DNA of 37,758 nucleotides from Promethearchaeota archaeon. GTDB lineage: Archaea > Asgardarchaeota > Lokiarchaeia > Sigyniarchaeales > SOKP01. The DNA lies in NCBI GenBank assembly GCA_019058015.1, contig JAHLWH010000019.1:1-37758 (forward strand), given 5' to 3'. Positions 18,644 to 28,033 of this stretch are shown in pieces. The first letter of the stretch is position 1. Every line of letters starts with the position of its first letter. Below the pieces are notes generated by a model. The model ran no database searches. It was given only the letters and a program-made list of their open reading frames with translations, and had not been told where the DNA came from. The position numbers and the translations under genes are program-made.

Positions 18644-19438
18644 ATGAAAAAAAGCAATAAAGAATTTGATTTTGTTAAGGGAATATTAACAGATATAGAT
18701 GGAACACTTTATTTTAAAGGAGTTCCAATTCCAGGAGCAATAGAAACTGTTTCTAGACTTCGTGATGTTGGTATTAAACTTATTTTTTTAACGAATACAG
18801 ACAGTAAATCACCACGAACAGTAATAAGAACCCTTCAGGAATATGGGTTTAATATTAAAGATGAAGAAGTTTTTACGCCCATTATTGCCTTAAAAGAATT
18901 TTTATCAAATTATCCCAATAAAAAATCTTATTTGGTGACTACCAAAGAGGTTAAAATGGAATTTCATGGTATTGCTCAGGTTAAAGGCTCTGAAAAAGCT
19001 GATTTTGTTATCATAAGCGACTTTCATGATGATTGGAACGTTAATCGCCTCAATAAAGCATTTAAATATATATTAAAGGGTGCAAAACTTCTGGGAACGC
19101 AGGGAAATCGATATTATCTTGATCGTAATGGTGAGCCAGTTATTGATACAGGTTCTTTCGTACAAATGCTAGCTAGTGCAGCTAATGTAACTCCAAGGAT
19201 ATTTGGGAAACCCTCAGCAGATTATTTCAGTAATTCTTTAAAAAAAATTAATCTTACTGCAAATGAAACTATTGTCATTGGTGATGACCTTGAATCTGAT
19301 ATCCAAGGAGCAAACAACGCCGGTATTAAAGGTGTGTTAGTAAAAACTGGGAAAGGACAATTTATAAAACCTTCAGAAATGTTAATAAAACCTTATAAGA
19401 TCATTAATTCCTTTAGTTCTATTTTTGAATTTTTTTAA
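18644..19438 (+). CDS. HAD-IIA hydrolase (LHPP/HDHD2/NagD-like phosphatase)
   Basis: DIDGTL, LTNT, GKPS, GDDLESDI. Confidence 0.9.
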   Translation: MKKSNKEFDFVKGILTDIDGTLYFKGVPIPGAIETVSRLRDVGIKLIFLTNTDSKSPRTVIRTLQEYGFNIKDEEVFTPIIALKEFLSNYPNKKSYLVTTKEVKMEFHGIAQVKGSEKADFVIISDFHDDWNVNRLNKAFKYILKGAKLLGTQGNRYYLDRNGEPVIDTGSFVQMLASAANVTPRIFGKPSADYFSNSLKKINLTANETIVIGDDLESDIQGANNAGIKGVLVKTGKGQFIKPSEMLIKPYKIINSFSSIFEFF

Positions 19439-19499
19439 AATTTATATATCACTCTTCTTATCAGATTATATTATATATTCTTGATTGAAAAATCGAATT

Positions 19500-21284
19500 C
19501 TAAAATCTTAATTTTCCTTCTTTTATTTTTTGATATGCAGAATTGTCGAGCGGCATATATTGTTTCTTATTTGAATTCCAGAAAAAAAGTGGATCTTTAA
19601 TTATTTTAATATTATATGCTTCTTTTCGGAGATCTGTTTTTTTTATTTTTTCTGGTCCAGTAGTCTCAAGTTCATCACATAACCTAAAAAACCTGGGGAT
19701 AGAATAACCAGGTAATACTTCGACAATAAATCGAGAAAAATCATCAATTTCAAATTTAATTGACGGATTTAATTTGATAGCTGCCATGCCCGCCTTCCCT
19801 TCTGTATTGGGAATTACAACACCATAAACAGCAGACATATATATTGCTTTATAGGAATTTAAAATTGCTTCAACCTCTAAAGTGGAAATATTTTCCCCTT
19901 TCCATCGAAATGTATCTCCAAATCTATCAGCGAAAGACACCCAGAGATCTTCATGGAGCTTTAACATATCACTTGTATTGAAATACTTGTCATTATTTTT
20001 AAAAACGTCACATAATATTTTCTTTTGAGTTTTTTCTTTATCTTTATATCCCGTAAAAAAGGTTTTTTTGTCTATCTTAATCAAAGCCATTCCAATGTCT
20101 TCAGGTTTGCATTTTAAACAAAAACCCCTTTCATTTTTATAGAGTTCACCTGTTTCTGGGTCAACTTTCGCTAATTCAAGCCCTCCTTGATTATTTCGTC
20201 CAATCATTCCTGGGATTTCCTCAACATTATATAATGATCGATGACCCTCAGTTAAACCATAGAATTCATAAATATGTTCAATTTGGAAACGAGACTGAAA
20301 TTGTTCCCAAATTTCCTTTCGAAATCCTAGTCCCAGCATTTTTTTAAGTGTTTTTCTCTGCTTTTGAATCATTTCATATTCAGATGGAGGTTGATTGAGA
20401 AGGTATCGAGGCATTTCTCCTACATATGTTGTAAAAGTCACTTGATATTTTTGAATATCTTTCCAGAATTCAGATGCAGAAAATCGTTTTCTTAATGCCG
20501 TTGCTGCACCTGCAAGAATTGCTGTCATCCAAGCGATTCCTATTGGAACATTGTGATATAAAGGCATTGCAATATAGACGATGTCATGAGAATCTACTTG
20601 AGCCAAAGCGAAGCCTAATATATACCCTTGAGTATATAACTTGAAACCTTGCATAATTACTGCTTTAGGTAATCCTGTTGTGCCTGAGGTAAACATATAA
20701 TATACAGTTTCTCGAACAATTGAGTTAAAGGTAGTATTAGGATTATTTTTAGAAATTGATTCAAGTTCTTTTGGCAACTCTATAAAATCATGTTTAATAT
20801 TTTGAGCATTATTAACAACAAAAATTTGGTTATTCTTATAAGGAAGCTTATCGACTATCTCATTAAATGACGATAAGCTATCTCCATCAATAATAATCCA
20901 CTTTGGTTCAACAATATTAAATGCATGAGTTAAGGCTTGCTTTTTTTGATTAACATTGATTAATGCACTAATTCCTTGAATTTTATTTATCCCAGTTGCA
21001 AAGAATAGATATTCAGGAGTATTTTCCAACATAATTGCGACGGTATCGTAGTGTTTTAACCCTAAATTTAGAAAATAATTAGCGATTCTATTGCTCTCCT
21101 TATTAAAATCTTGCCAAGTCCAAGAATTATCCTGAAAATATAAGGCTATATCTTTCGGTTTCTCCTTCGCTAATTGTTCAATGCGGATACCAATACTGTG
21201 TTTTGGATTTTGATGAACTTGTGTCATTTTTTTCGTAAATCGATTTAAAAATTCCACTTCTCTAAGAGTCATTGTTTTTACCAT
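19500..21284 (-). CDS. Long/very-long-chain acyl-CoA synthetase, FATP/SLC27-like
   Basis: FTSGTTGLPKA AMP-binding loop, EFYG-x-TEG, DRFGDTFRWKGENIST FATP signature, EGKAGMAAI. Confidence 0.9.
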   Translation of the reverse strand: MVKTMTLREVEFLNRFTKKMTQVHQNPKHSIGIRIEQLAKEKPKDIALYFQDNSWTWQDFNKESNRIANYFLNLGLKHYDTVAIMLENTPEYLFFATGINKIQGISALINVNQKKQALTHAFNIVEPKWIIIDGDSLSSFNEIVDKLPYKNNQIFVVNNAQNIKHDFIELPKELESISKNNPNTTFNSIVRETVYYMFTSGTTGLPKAVIMQGFKLYTQGYILGFALAQVDSHDIVYIAMPLYHNVPIGIAWMTAILAGAATALRKRFSASEFWKDIQKYQVTFTTYVGEMPRYLLNQPPSEYEMIQKQRKTLKKMLGLGFRKEIWEQFQSRFQIEHIYEFYGLTEGHRSLYNVEEIPGMIGRNNQGGLELAKVDPETGELYKNERGFCLKCKPEDIGMALIKIDKKTFFTGYKDKEKTQKKILCDVFKNNDKYFNTSDMLKLHEDLWVSFADRFGDTFRWKGENISTLEVEAILNSYKAIYMSAVYGVVIPNTEGKAGMAAIKLNPSIKFEIDDFSRFIVEVLPGYSIPRFFRLCDELETTGPEKIKKTDLRKEAYNIKIIKDPLFFWNSNKKQYMPLDNSAYQKIKEGKLRF

Positions 21285-21403
21285 AGAATTTCCTCTTAAT
21301 CACTTAATTTTTTAAAAATTTTTGAGATGAGTATAATTTAATTAGATTTAATTAATTAAACTTTTTTTTTACAAAATAGGAAAAAAAATAGAATTTGGGT
21401 TAT

Positions 21404-22279
21404 TTATGCTTTAAGTCTTCTAGGATTCTTAAAGAGGTCGAGTTCTTCTTTATCTGGGCTGAATTTATAATCAGATTTAGGGTCATCAAATTTTTTAAAA
21501 AGTTCTTTTACTGTTTTTTCAGCAACCTCTAAAAATTTGCAAGCACATGCAAATAAAGTGAGAATTTTAGTGAAAGTTTTATTTTTGCTTAATTCTTCAT
21601 CAAGAATTTCAATCTCCCATTTCCCGCCGAGATTAAGCTTTTTTCCATCAATGTCAGCGATCTTTCTTTCTTTTTCAGTGACTTCGAAATCAAGACCCAA
21701 CCCAACTTTCCCTTTAATTTCAAAAACTCTTAATGACTCATTATCTTTCTCTGGAAGTAACGGGAAAGCAAATTTCCATCCTTTTAATCTTCTGGATCTT
21801 ATAATTCTATATAAATTTTTATTCTGAGGTAAATTAACAATTAAAATAACGCCTGGATCACCTTTTATGTGATATGATTGGATCAAGGATTCTGTTGTAC
21901 TGATTTCAATTCCGCCTGTAAAATTTCCACCTTTATCATCTTTAATAGGGGTAAATGTTCTTATCTTTAAATCACGGTCTGCTAAATTTTTTTCTTTCCA
22001 AGACTTCTCATTATATGCAATTACTTGTCTTTTATCTGTATCTCCATCAATAGTAATATCTCCTTCGATTTCAAATCTTTTTGTAAAATATCTAGATTTA
22101 GCCGAATATTTTATACTTTTATGGAGTCCTAACTCGCTCATATGAGCAGAAGTTCTCCAAAAGTCGACTTCAATACGCTTGTAAACCTTATCTGAAGTTT
22201 TTTTGGTTTCAACCTTTTTTTCTTTTTTCTCTTTCTTTCTTTCTTTCTTGGTTTCTTTTTCTTTTTTCTTCTTAGCCAT
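21404..22279 (-). CDS. Hypothetical protein, Lys/Glu-rich N-terminus; possible tubby-C/LURP-one/scramblase fold
   Basis: FEIKGK-x5-DFEV-x6-IADIDGKKLNLGGKWEIEI followed by a hydrophobic helix (ILTLFACAC) resembles LURP-one/YxjI C-termini; fold call tentative. Confidence 0.55.
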   Translation of the reverse strand: MAKKKKEKETKKERKKEKKEKKVETKKTSDKVYKRIEVDFWRTSAHMSELGLHKSIKYSAKSRYFTKRFEIEGDITIDGDTDKRQVIAYNEKSWKEKNLADRDLKIRTFTPIKDDKGGNFTGGIEISTTESLIQSYHIKGDPGVILIVNLPQNKNLYRIIRSRRLKGWKFAFPLLPEKDNESLRVFEIKGKVGLGLDFEVTEKERKIADIDGKKLNLGGKWEIEILDEELSKNKTFTKILTLFACACKFLEVAEKTVKELFKKFDDPKSDYKFSPDKEELDLFKNPRRLKA

Positions 22280-22342
22280 AGAATTTCAACTTATAAATTT
22301 TTAATTTAAAAAATTTACTAAGGATATTATAAAAAATTAATC

Positions 22343-22355
22343 TATTAAATCCTTT
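22343..22355 (-). promoter_or_regulatory. Putative BRE/TATA promoter for 21404..22279
   Basis: Minus strand AAAGGATTTAATA, identical 13-mer to the kdgK upstream motif, about 64 nt from the start. Confidence 0.4.
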
Positions 22356-22432
22356 ATTTTATTTAAAAGAATAATAAATCAATTTATAAAATATTTTCCA
22401 AGATTTTTAATCTTAAAAAAAGTTTTTATTAA

Positions 22433-22936
22433 ATGGAAAGGATGTCGCAACTAAACTTTATGGATATTTATAAATTTTTACCAAAAACTAATTGTAAGGA
22501 ATGTGATTTGCCTACATGTATGGCATTTGCCTTAGCATTGGTTAAGGGTGAGAAACAGCCAAAAGATTGTCCTCCACTTCTCGAACCTAAGTATAAACAA
22601 AGTTTAGATAAATTAAATGAGTTATTTGAAGGGGTAGGAGTGGGGGGAAAAGACTTACATATTGATATTGATAATGAAAAATGTGATGGGTGCGGCGTAT
22701 GTGTGATTGTTTGTCCTGTTAATGCTCGATATTGTCCTAATTCTTTAAGTGGAAAATTACCAGATTTCCCTCCCAATGAATATCAATTATTTCAAATAAA
22801 AAACGGAAAATCAGAACTTTTAAATTTGGAATATTGTAGAAGATTAGAAGCAGAAGGACGAGAGCGTGAATGCCGAGTATGTGAAGTATATTGTCCACGG
22901 GATTCAATAGAAATTAAGTATTATACAGCCAAATAA
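22433..22936 (+). CDS. Fe-S protein: N-terminal CdhE/AcsC-type Fe-S domain fused to a FwdG-like 2x[4Fe-4S] ferredoxin
   Basis: LPKTNCKEC-x4-CMAFA...CP; CDGCGVCVIVCPVNA; C-x11-C-x2-C-x3-CP. Confidence 0.8.
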   Translation: MERMSQLNFMDIYKFLPKTNCKECDLPTCMAFALALVKGEKQPKDCPPLLEPKYKQSLDKLNELFEGVGVGGKDLHIDIDNEKCDGCGVCVIVCPVNARYCPNSLSGKLPDFPPNEYQLFQIKNGKSELLNLEYCRRLEAEGRERECRVCEVYCPRDSIEIKYYTAK

Positions 22937-22986
22937 CATCTTCAAATTAAATAATAATTATAACTTAAATTAATGGAATGATATAA

Positions 22987-24321
22987 ATGACTCAAAGTAC
23001 AAAAAATCAAGAAAGAATCCAGAGATTTGTGTGTCCTGGATGTTCATTATATTGCGACGATAATCAAGTCATATATTCCGAAAATAATGAAATTATCGAG
23101 ACTTATGGTTTATGCTTAAAGGGTTATAAAAAATTAAATGAAATTAATTCAAAAAATCGCATCAAAAAACCCTTAATTCGCAAGAATGGTGAGTTAAAAG
23201 AAGTATCATTAGATAAGGCACTAAATAAAGTTAAAGAAATTATTAACTCTTCCCAAAAATCCCTCCTATATGGTTTTGTTAATACAACTTGTGAAGCACA
23301 AATAAATGGAATATGGCTTGCCAAGAAAATAAATGGATTCATTGAGTCTAATGCATCAATTTGTCATGGTCAAACTTATTCGAATGCTATCGAGAGTGGA
23401 TTCCATTCTACTACATTAAATGAATGTATTAATAAAGCTGACGTATTTATATTTTGGGGTTCTAACGCTGCAGAGTCCAACCCGAAATTTTTAACAAAAA
23501 CAATTTTTTCAAGAGGTAAATTTAGAATAACGGGAAGAGAAATAAAAACATTAATTTTAGTTGATCCTCGAAAAACCGCGACTTATGGAGTTGCTGGAGT
23601 TCGGGATTTGTATATTCCTTTAAAACCTGGCAAAGATTTGGAGCTAATTCAATTTTTAAAAGATATGATTTTAAAGGAAAAATCCGAAGTACCAGCTGAT
23701 GGTTTTGTTGGTGTTGATAAACAGGATTTAAATCGTCTCATCCTAAATTTGAAAGGTTCAGAAAATGGTGTAATCCTTTTTGGACAAGGAGTAATTAATT
23801 CCAATCCTAATGGAAATGTTATAAAGGCTTTAATTGAATTGGTGGATTTGATTAATGAAACTTCTAAGAGAAGTCGTTTTTCAATTATTCCTATGACCGG
23901 GCATAATATGAATGGTTTTATCCAAGTTTCTTTATCTTTATTGGGAAAAATGGACCAAATAGAATTTTCTGATAACCAACTTATCGAATCAAATAAAGAC
24001 TTAATTTCTAAAATAAAGGATGACGAATTTGACATGTCCATTATCGTTGCTTCGGATCCAATATCTAATTTACCGATAACCCTAAGCTCCAAATTAGCAA
24101 AAAAACCCATAATTGCAATTGATTGCTTTATTACCCCTACAACAAAATTAGCTGATGTTATATTGCCCGTGGCAATTACAGGAATAGAAACTGATGGACT
24201 TGTGTATAGAATGGATAATATTCCTATGAATTTGCAAAAAATAATCGATCCACCAGCTAATCTGCCTTCTGATGAGCAGATTTTGCTGAAAATAATACAA
24301 AAAATGGAGGAAAAAAGATGA
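22987..24321 (+). CDS. Divergent formylmethanofuran dehydrogenase subunit B-like protein
   Basis: CPGCSLYCDD...C cluster motif, SICHG, WGSN, VDPR-x-T, GIE-x2-G-x2-YRMD; colinear with canonical FwdB at 28851..30167. Confidence 0.85.
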   Translation: MTQSTKNQERIQRFVCPGCSLYCDDNQVIYSENNEIIETYGLCLKGYKKLNEINSKNRIKKPLIRKNGELKEVSLDKALNKVKEIINSSQKSLLYGFVNTTCEAQINGIWLAKKINGFIESNASICHGQTYSNAIESGFHSTTLNECINKADVFIFWGSNAAESNPKFLTKTIFSRGKFRITGREIKTLILVDPRKTATYGVAGVRDLYIPLKPGKDLELIQFLKDMILKEKSEVPADGFVGVDKQDLNRLILNLKGSENGVILFGQGVINSNPNGNVIKALIELVDLINETSKRSRFSIIPMTGHNMNGFIQVSLSLLGKMDQIEFSDNQLIESNKDLISKIKDDEFDMSIIVASDPISNLPITLSSKLAKKPIIAIDCFITPTTKLADVILPVAITGIETDGLVYRMDNIPMNLQKIIDPPANLPSDEQILLKIIQKMEEKR

Positions 24322-24692
24322 AATTACTGTTAAGTACAATACGCGAGTTAAAATATGATCAAAAAATCCTTATTAATGAATTATCTGAGAAAGAGCTCAA
24401 AGATAATGTAGCTATCTGCTTAATTCATCCAGAAACATACAATAAAATTGTGTCAAAATCTGGAGTAAATTTAAAATTAACAACCAGTTATGGTTCAGTT
24501 GTTTTAAAGCCAGTTTGGGATGAATCTATTCCCTTAGAAATGATTTACATAAATAAATCAATTTGGGCTAATCAAATCACCGGGGATTTTAAGCAAAAAA
24601 TTCTTTTTAAAAATTTAGAGGTTGAAATTGAGCCAACGGAAGAGGATGTTCCAGAAATCTCTAATCTATTAGAAAAACTGAAAAATTTCTAA
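24318..24692 (+). CDS. Divergent FwdD-like (molybdopterin dinucleotide-binding domain) protein
   Basis: AICLIHPE, LTTSYGSVVL, IWANQI; ATGA overlap with the upstream B-like gene. Confidence 0.75.
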   Translation: MKLLLSTIRELKYDQKILINELSEKELKDNVAICLIHPETYNKIVSKSGVNLKLTTSYGSVVLKPVWDESIPLEMIYINKSIWANQITGDFKQKILFKNLEVEIEPTEEDVPEISNLLEKLKNF

Positions 24693-24708
24693 GAGAGGAA
24701 TTAAAATA

Positions 24709-26385
24709 ATGTCCAATTTAATTATAAAAAATGGGATTGTTTTTGATCCGATAAATAATATTTCTGGTGAAAAGAAGGATTTATTAATTGAAGCAGGAAA
24801 AATTGTTGATAAATTCAAACACACTAATCCAAAAGATGCAAAATCTATAGATGCCAGTGGTAAAACAGTCATCCCAGGCGCAATAGATATTCACACGCAT
24901 ATTGCCTCACAACAAACTAATAATATCCGATTATTGGGCTCAAAAAATAAAGAAGTTCTACAATTTTGGAATGGGCTTACACTGGATTACTTAACAAAAG
25001 AATATGTTCAAAAGGGGTATACTTTTATTGTTGAGGCAAATGTATTCCCATCCTTAGCCAAACAAACTATTTTTAATTTTGGTCAAATTCCAATTTTAGA
25101 TAAAGCAATGCTGATTAATGCCAGCAATTTATGGTCTCTTGAATTGGAATATCAGAAGGGAGATATTGAAAAATTGTCAATATTTATCTCTGACTTCTTG
25201 GATTTAATCAAAGGTTTTGGAATAAAGATATATAATCCTTTTGAAGCAGAAGAATGGGATTTTAAAGAAATCAGAGATGATATAACGACAAATGGTCGAC
25301 TTTATAATTTTAATGCACTGGACGTTTTCAGAAATATGACTAAAACAATTGAGCAAATTGGATTACCCCATTCCATCCATGCTCATATTGACGGATATGA
25401 ATCAAAGATCGGGGAGTTAAATGCCATAAAAGTATTAGAGGATATTAAAACTCAAGGACTCACACCAAATCAATCAAGTCAAACAAAAATTAAACGTTCT
25501 CAAATATTCCATTTAGCTCATGCATCTGCTTATTCTTTTAACGACGATACTAAATTGATTAATTTTTTCAATTCAAATGACAATTTTGACCTTGATTTAG
25601 GTTTTATAAGTTTCAATCCTATAAATCCCCTAATTACATCGGATAGAAGGTTAATTAATAAATATTTGGATAAGAAAAAAGCTCCTAAGAAGTACCCCAT
25701 AATTAAAGGTGCAATTGAATCTGAAGGGGATCATTTTGAAACTTTCAGGACACTAAAAAAAGATAATTCGGAGTATTGCATGCTCTGGTCAAATGCTTTA
25801 AATTTAGCTTTAAGGATAAAAGATAAATGGAAACTTCAATTTTCAATAAATTTTCCCAATTATGCCCATTTAACTGACATTCCAGAAATTATCTCATGGT
25901 TATTGAATAAAAATTCTAGGACCACTTTTATGGAAAATATGAATAATGAATTTAAACAAGACAATCCAATCTTTAATATAGAAGATACTTTTTCCATTAA
26001 TGATTTAATAATCATAACACGAGCAAGTCCAGCTAAATCTTTGGGCTTGGGAGATATAAAAGGAAATTTGGGTATTGGAGCCGATGCAGATATTAATATT
26101 TTAAATATAAATCTTCAAGAAAAAGACTCAGCTTCTCAAATAGATGAGATTAAGAAAGCTTTTTCTGATATAGATACCGTGATTAAGAATGGAATTATTG
26201 TAAAACAGGGTGAAAAGATAAATCTAAATCATAAAGGTTCACTTTATTGGTCAAAAGGCACAGTTAATACCCAAAATTATGAAAAAATTATGGATAAAAA
26301 AAAGGAATTTTATAAAAAATATAGCTCAATCTTCTATGAATCATTGAAACCAAATACTGATAAAATTAAGTTAATTAAAATATAA
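24709..26385 (+). CDS. Divergent FwdA-like amidohydrolase
   Basis: IKNG-x-VFDP-x-N, DIHTH, GIKIYNP, LPHSIHAH, TR-x2-PAK-x-LG, KG-x-LG-x-GADADI; the beta-8 Asp motif reads SINFPN. Confidence 0.85.
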   Translation: MSNLIIKNGIVFDPINNISGEKKDLLIEAGKIVDKFKHTNPKDAKSIDASGKTVIPGAIDIHTHIASQQTNNIRLLGSKNKEVLQFWNGLTLDYLTKEYVQKGYTFIVEANVFPSLAKQTIFNFGQIPILDKAMLINASNLWSLELEYQKGDIEKLSIFISDFLDLIKGFGIKIYNPFEAEEWDFKEIRDDITTNGRLYNFNALDVFRNMTKTIEQIGLPHSIHAHIDGYESKIGELNAIKVLEDIKTQGLTPNQSSQTKIKRSQIFHLAHASAYSFNDDTKLINFFNSNDNFDLDLGFISFNPINPLITSDRRLINKYLDKKKAPKKYPIIKGAIESEGDHFETFRTLKKDNSEYCMLWSNALNLALRIKDKWKLQFSINFPNYAHLTDIPEIISWLLNKNSRTTFMENMNNEFKQDNPIFNIEDTFSINDLIIITRASPAKSLGLGDIKGNLGIGADADINILNINLQEKDSASQIDEIKKAFSDIDTVIKNGIIVKQGEKINLNHKGSLYWSKGTVNTQNYEKIMDKKKEFYKKYSSIFYESLKPNTDKIKLIKI

Positions 26386-26407
26386 AATTGTTTAATTTTT
26401 GATAAAC

Positions 26408-26752
26408 TCACTCAAAAAGAAAAGATAGCATCTGTTCTACATCTTGAGGGGATAAATAAGCATATAATTCTTTATTTATTTCAAGATTATGCACAATTTT
26501 TTTATTTGGAAAAAATTTGCTAAAACAAATACAGCAGGGTATTCCAACTATTATTTTTTCATCAAAATTTTTTGATTGCTTCATTAGATTTAACAATTTT
26601 TTCTTAAGATTTATCGAATCGAGATCTTTTTTAAAATAAAAATCCAATAAATGACTTTTCTGAATTTTATTTTTACAAATCGGACATTTTGAATAGAATT
26701 CTAAAAATTCATTAAGTGTTTTTTTTTCATTATCAGTAAGTTTTCGGTTCAT
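26408..26752 (-). CDS. Hypothetical protein with CxxC and CCxC motifs (putative Zn-binding)
   Basis: KCPICK ... GIPCCICF; start ATG 26752 just downstream of the dehydrogenase stop. Confidence 0.65.
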   Translation of the reverse strand: MNRKLTDNEKKTLNEFLEFYSKCPICKNKIQKSHLLDFYFKKDLDSINLKKKLLNLMKQSKNFDEKIIVGIPCCICFSKFFPNKKIVHNLEINKELYAYLSPQDVEQMLSFLFE

Positions 26753-26768
26753 CTTAATCAAAAAAAAG

Positions 26769-27875
26769 TTAATGGTGGTGAATAGCATTTTCTATAATAT
26801 AGATTCCTCGTTTTTTGAGTTCTTTTATCATTTTAGTAATATTTAGATCTGGACAACCTTCAGGTGGAAATACACCGGGAGTCATTATCTCTTTCTCAAC
26901 GATCATCTGGCTTGCTATAGAAGCGGGTGTCGAGGTTAATTTTGCTACAGCCCCTACAGTTGCATAAGACAATCTGATATTCTTCTGTTGTTTTTGGCCT
27001 ATTATTTCACTACTGAAAGCAGAAATTATTTCTCTTTTCTCAATCTCACCAGTTAGAAGAGGTAAAATCTTTAGAAAGAATTTACAGATCAGCTTCATAA
27101 TTAAAATATTTTTAATAGGAATGAGCTTATCCATGGTTCGTGTTAATTGCACATTCGACTCAGGGAGTATTCCACCTTTACATACAGCCTCATTTGTATT
27201 GATAAAACGCGGAATAGTTACTGGTTCGGGGTGTCCAACAAAATAAAGCGGAATTAACCCGCAAGGATCTGGGAATTTAATAACTTCGCGTTCTGATAAA
27301 GCTTTTACTTTTAACCATTCTCCATCTCTATAAATAGGAATTTTTCCCATAGCGATATGAGCCCAGTGCATCATTTGTCCAAGACCAATTGTTTCCCCAG
27401 TATCTTCAAACCATAAAACACGCACTGAACTTACCTTATCCAGCTTCTCTGCACCCATTTTTGCCATTATATTCGTTAAACCAGGCGATGCACCGAAATT
27501 TATGAGATAGGTTAATCCTTCCCGCTCCACACTTTTATTCATATTTAGAAGTGTCAATGTCACATCATGGTCATCGCATATATCAGCGTAGTTTATCCCT
27601 GCTTGGAGAGCGGCTCTGGGGATCCAATCACCAAACTCAAAGTATGGCCCAATATTATTGATAACTAGTTTATAATTTTTAAGAACCTCTATCAAAGTAT
27701 CAAAATGCCGAATGTCTAGTCTCTGAAAGGAAGCTCTTTTCCCTAATCGCTTTGCAAGTTGTTCTCCTTCAATTTCCCTTAAGTCAGCTATTGTAACATC
27801 AAAACCGCTTCTAACGAGATCATCTGCAATAAATCTACCAATCTCTCCGCAACCACCCAAAATTATAATATTCAT
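26769..27875 (-). CDS. Saccharopine dehydrogenase-like oxidoreductase (lysine 6-/carboxynorspermidine dehydrogenase family)
   Basis: LGGCGEIG, N-x2-GPY, Y-x-DICDD, G-x-SPGLTN, HPEPVTIP, GVFPPE; GGAGG Shine-Dalgarno. Confidence 0.85.
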   Translation of the reverse strand: MNIIILGGCGEIGRFIADDLVRSGFDVTIADLREIEGEQLAKRLGKRASFQRLDIRHFDTLIEVLKNYKLVINNIGPYFEFGDWIPRAALQAGINYADICDDHDVTLTLLNMNKSVEREGLTYLINFGASPGLTNIMAKMGAEKLDKVSSVRVLWFEDTGETIGLGQMMHWAHIAMGKIPIYRDGEWLKVKALSEREVIKFPDPCGLIPLYFVGHPEPVTIPRFINTNEAVCKGGILPESNVQLTRTMDKLIPIKNILIMKLICKFFLKILPLLTGEIEKREIISAFSSEIIGQKQQKNIRLSYATVGAVAKLTSTPASIASQMIVEKEIMTPGVFPPEGCPDLNITKMIKELKKRGIYIIENAIHHH

Positions 27876-28033
27876 TTAATTACCTCCATTCAGCATTAAA
27901 ACAAGGTTATTAAAAAATATTTTGATTATGAATTTCAAAATTATAAAAGAGAATGAAAGTAAAGGCTCTTATAATTTAACTTGAGAAAGTATTAAATTAA
28001 TGAGATAATGATAAAAAGAGAATATAAAGAAAA

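Noticed and set aside
22987-26385. Divergent fwd-like genes as pseudogenes or as methylotroph-type Fhc
   Set aside because: Full-length, translationally coupled and free of stops; the pattern (B keeps Fe-S and Cys ligand, A loses Asp, no C or formyltransferase) does not match Fhc
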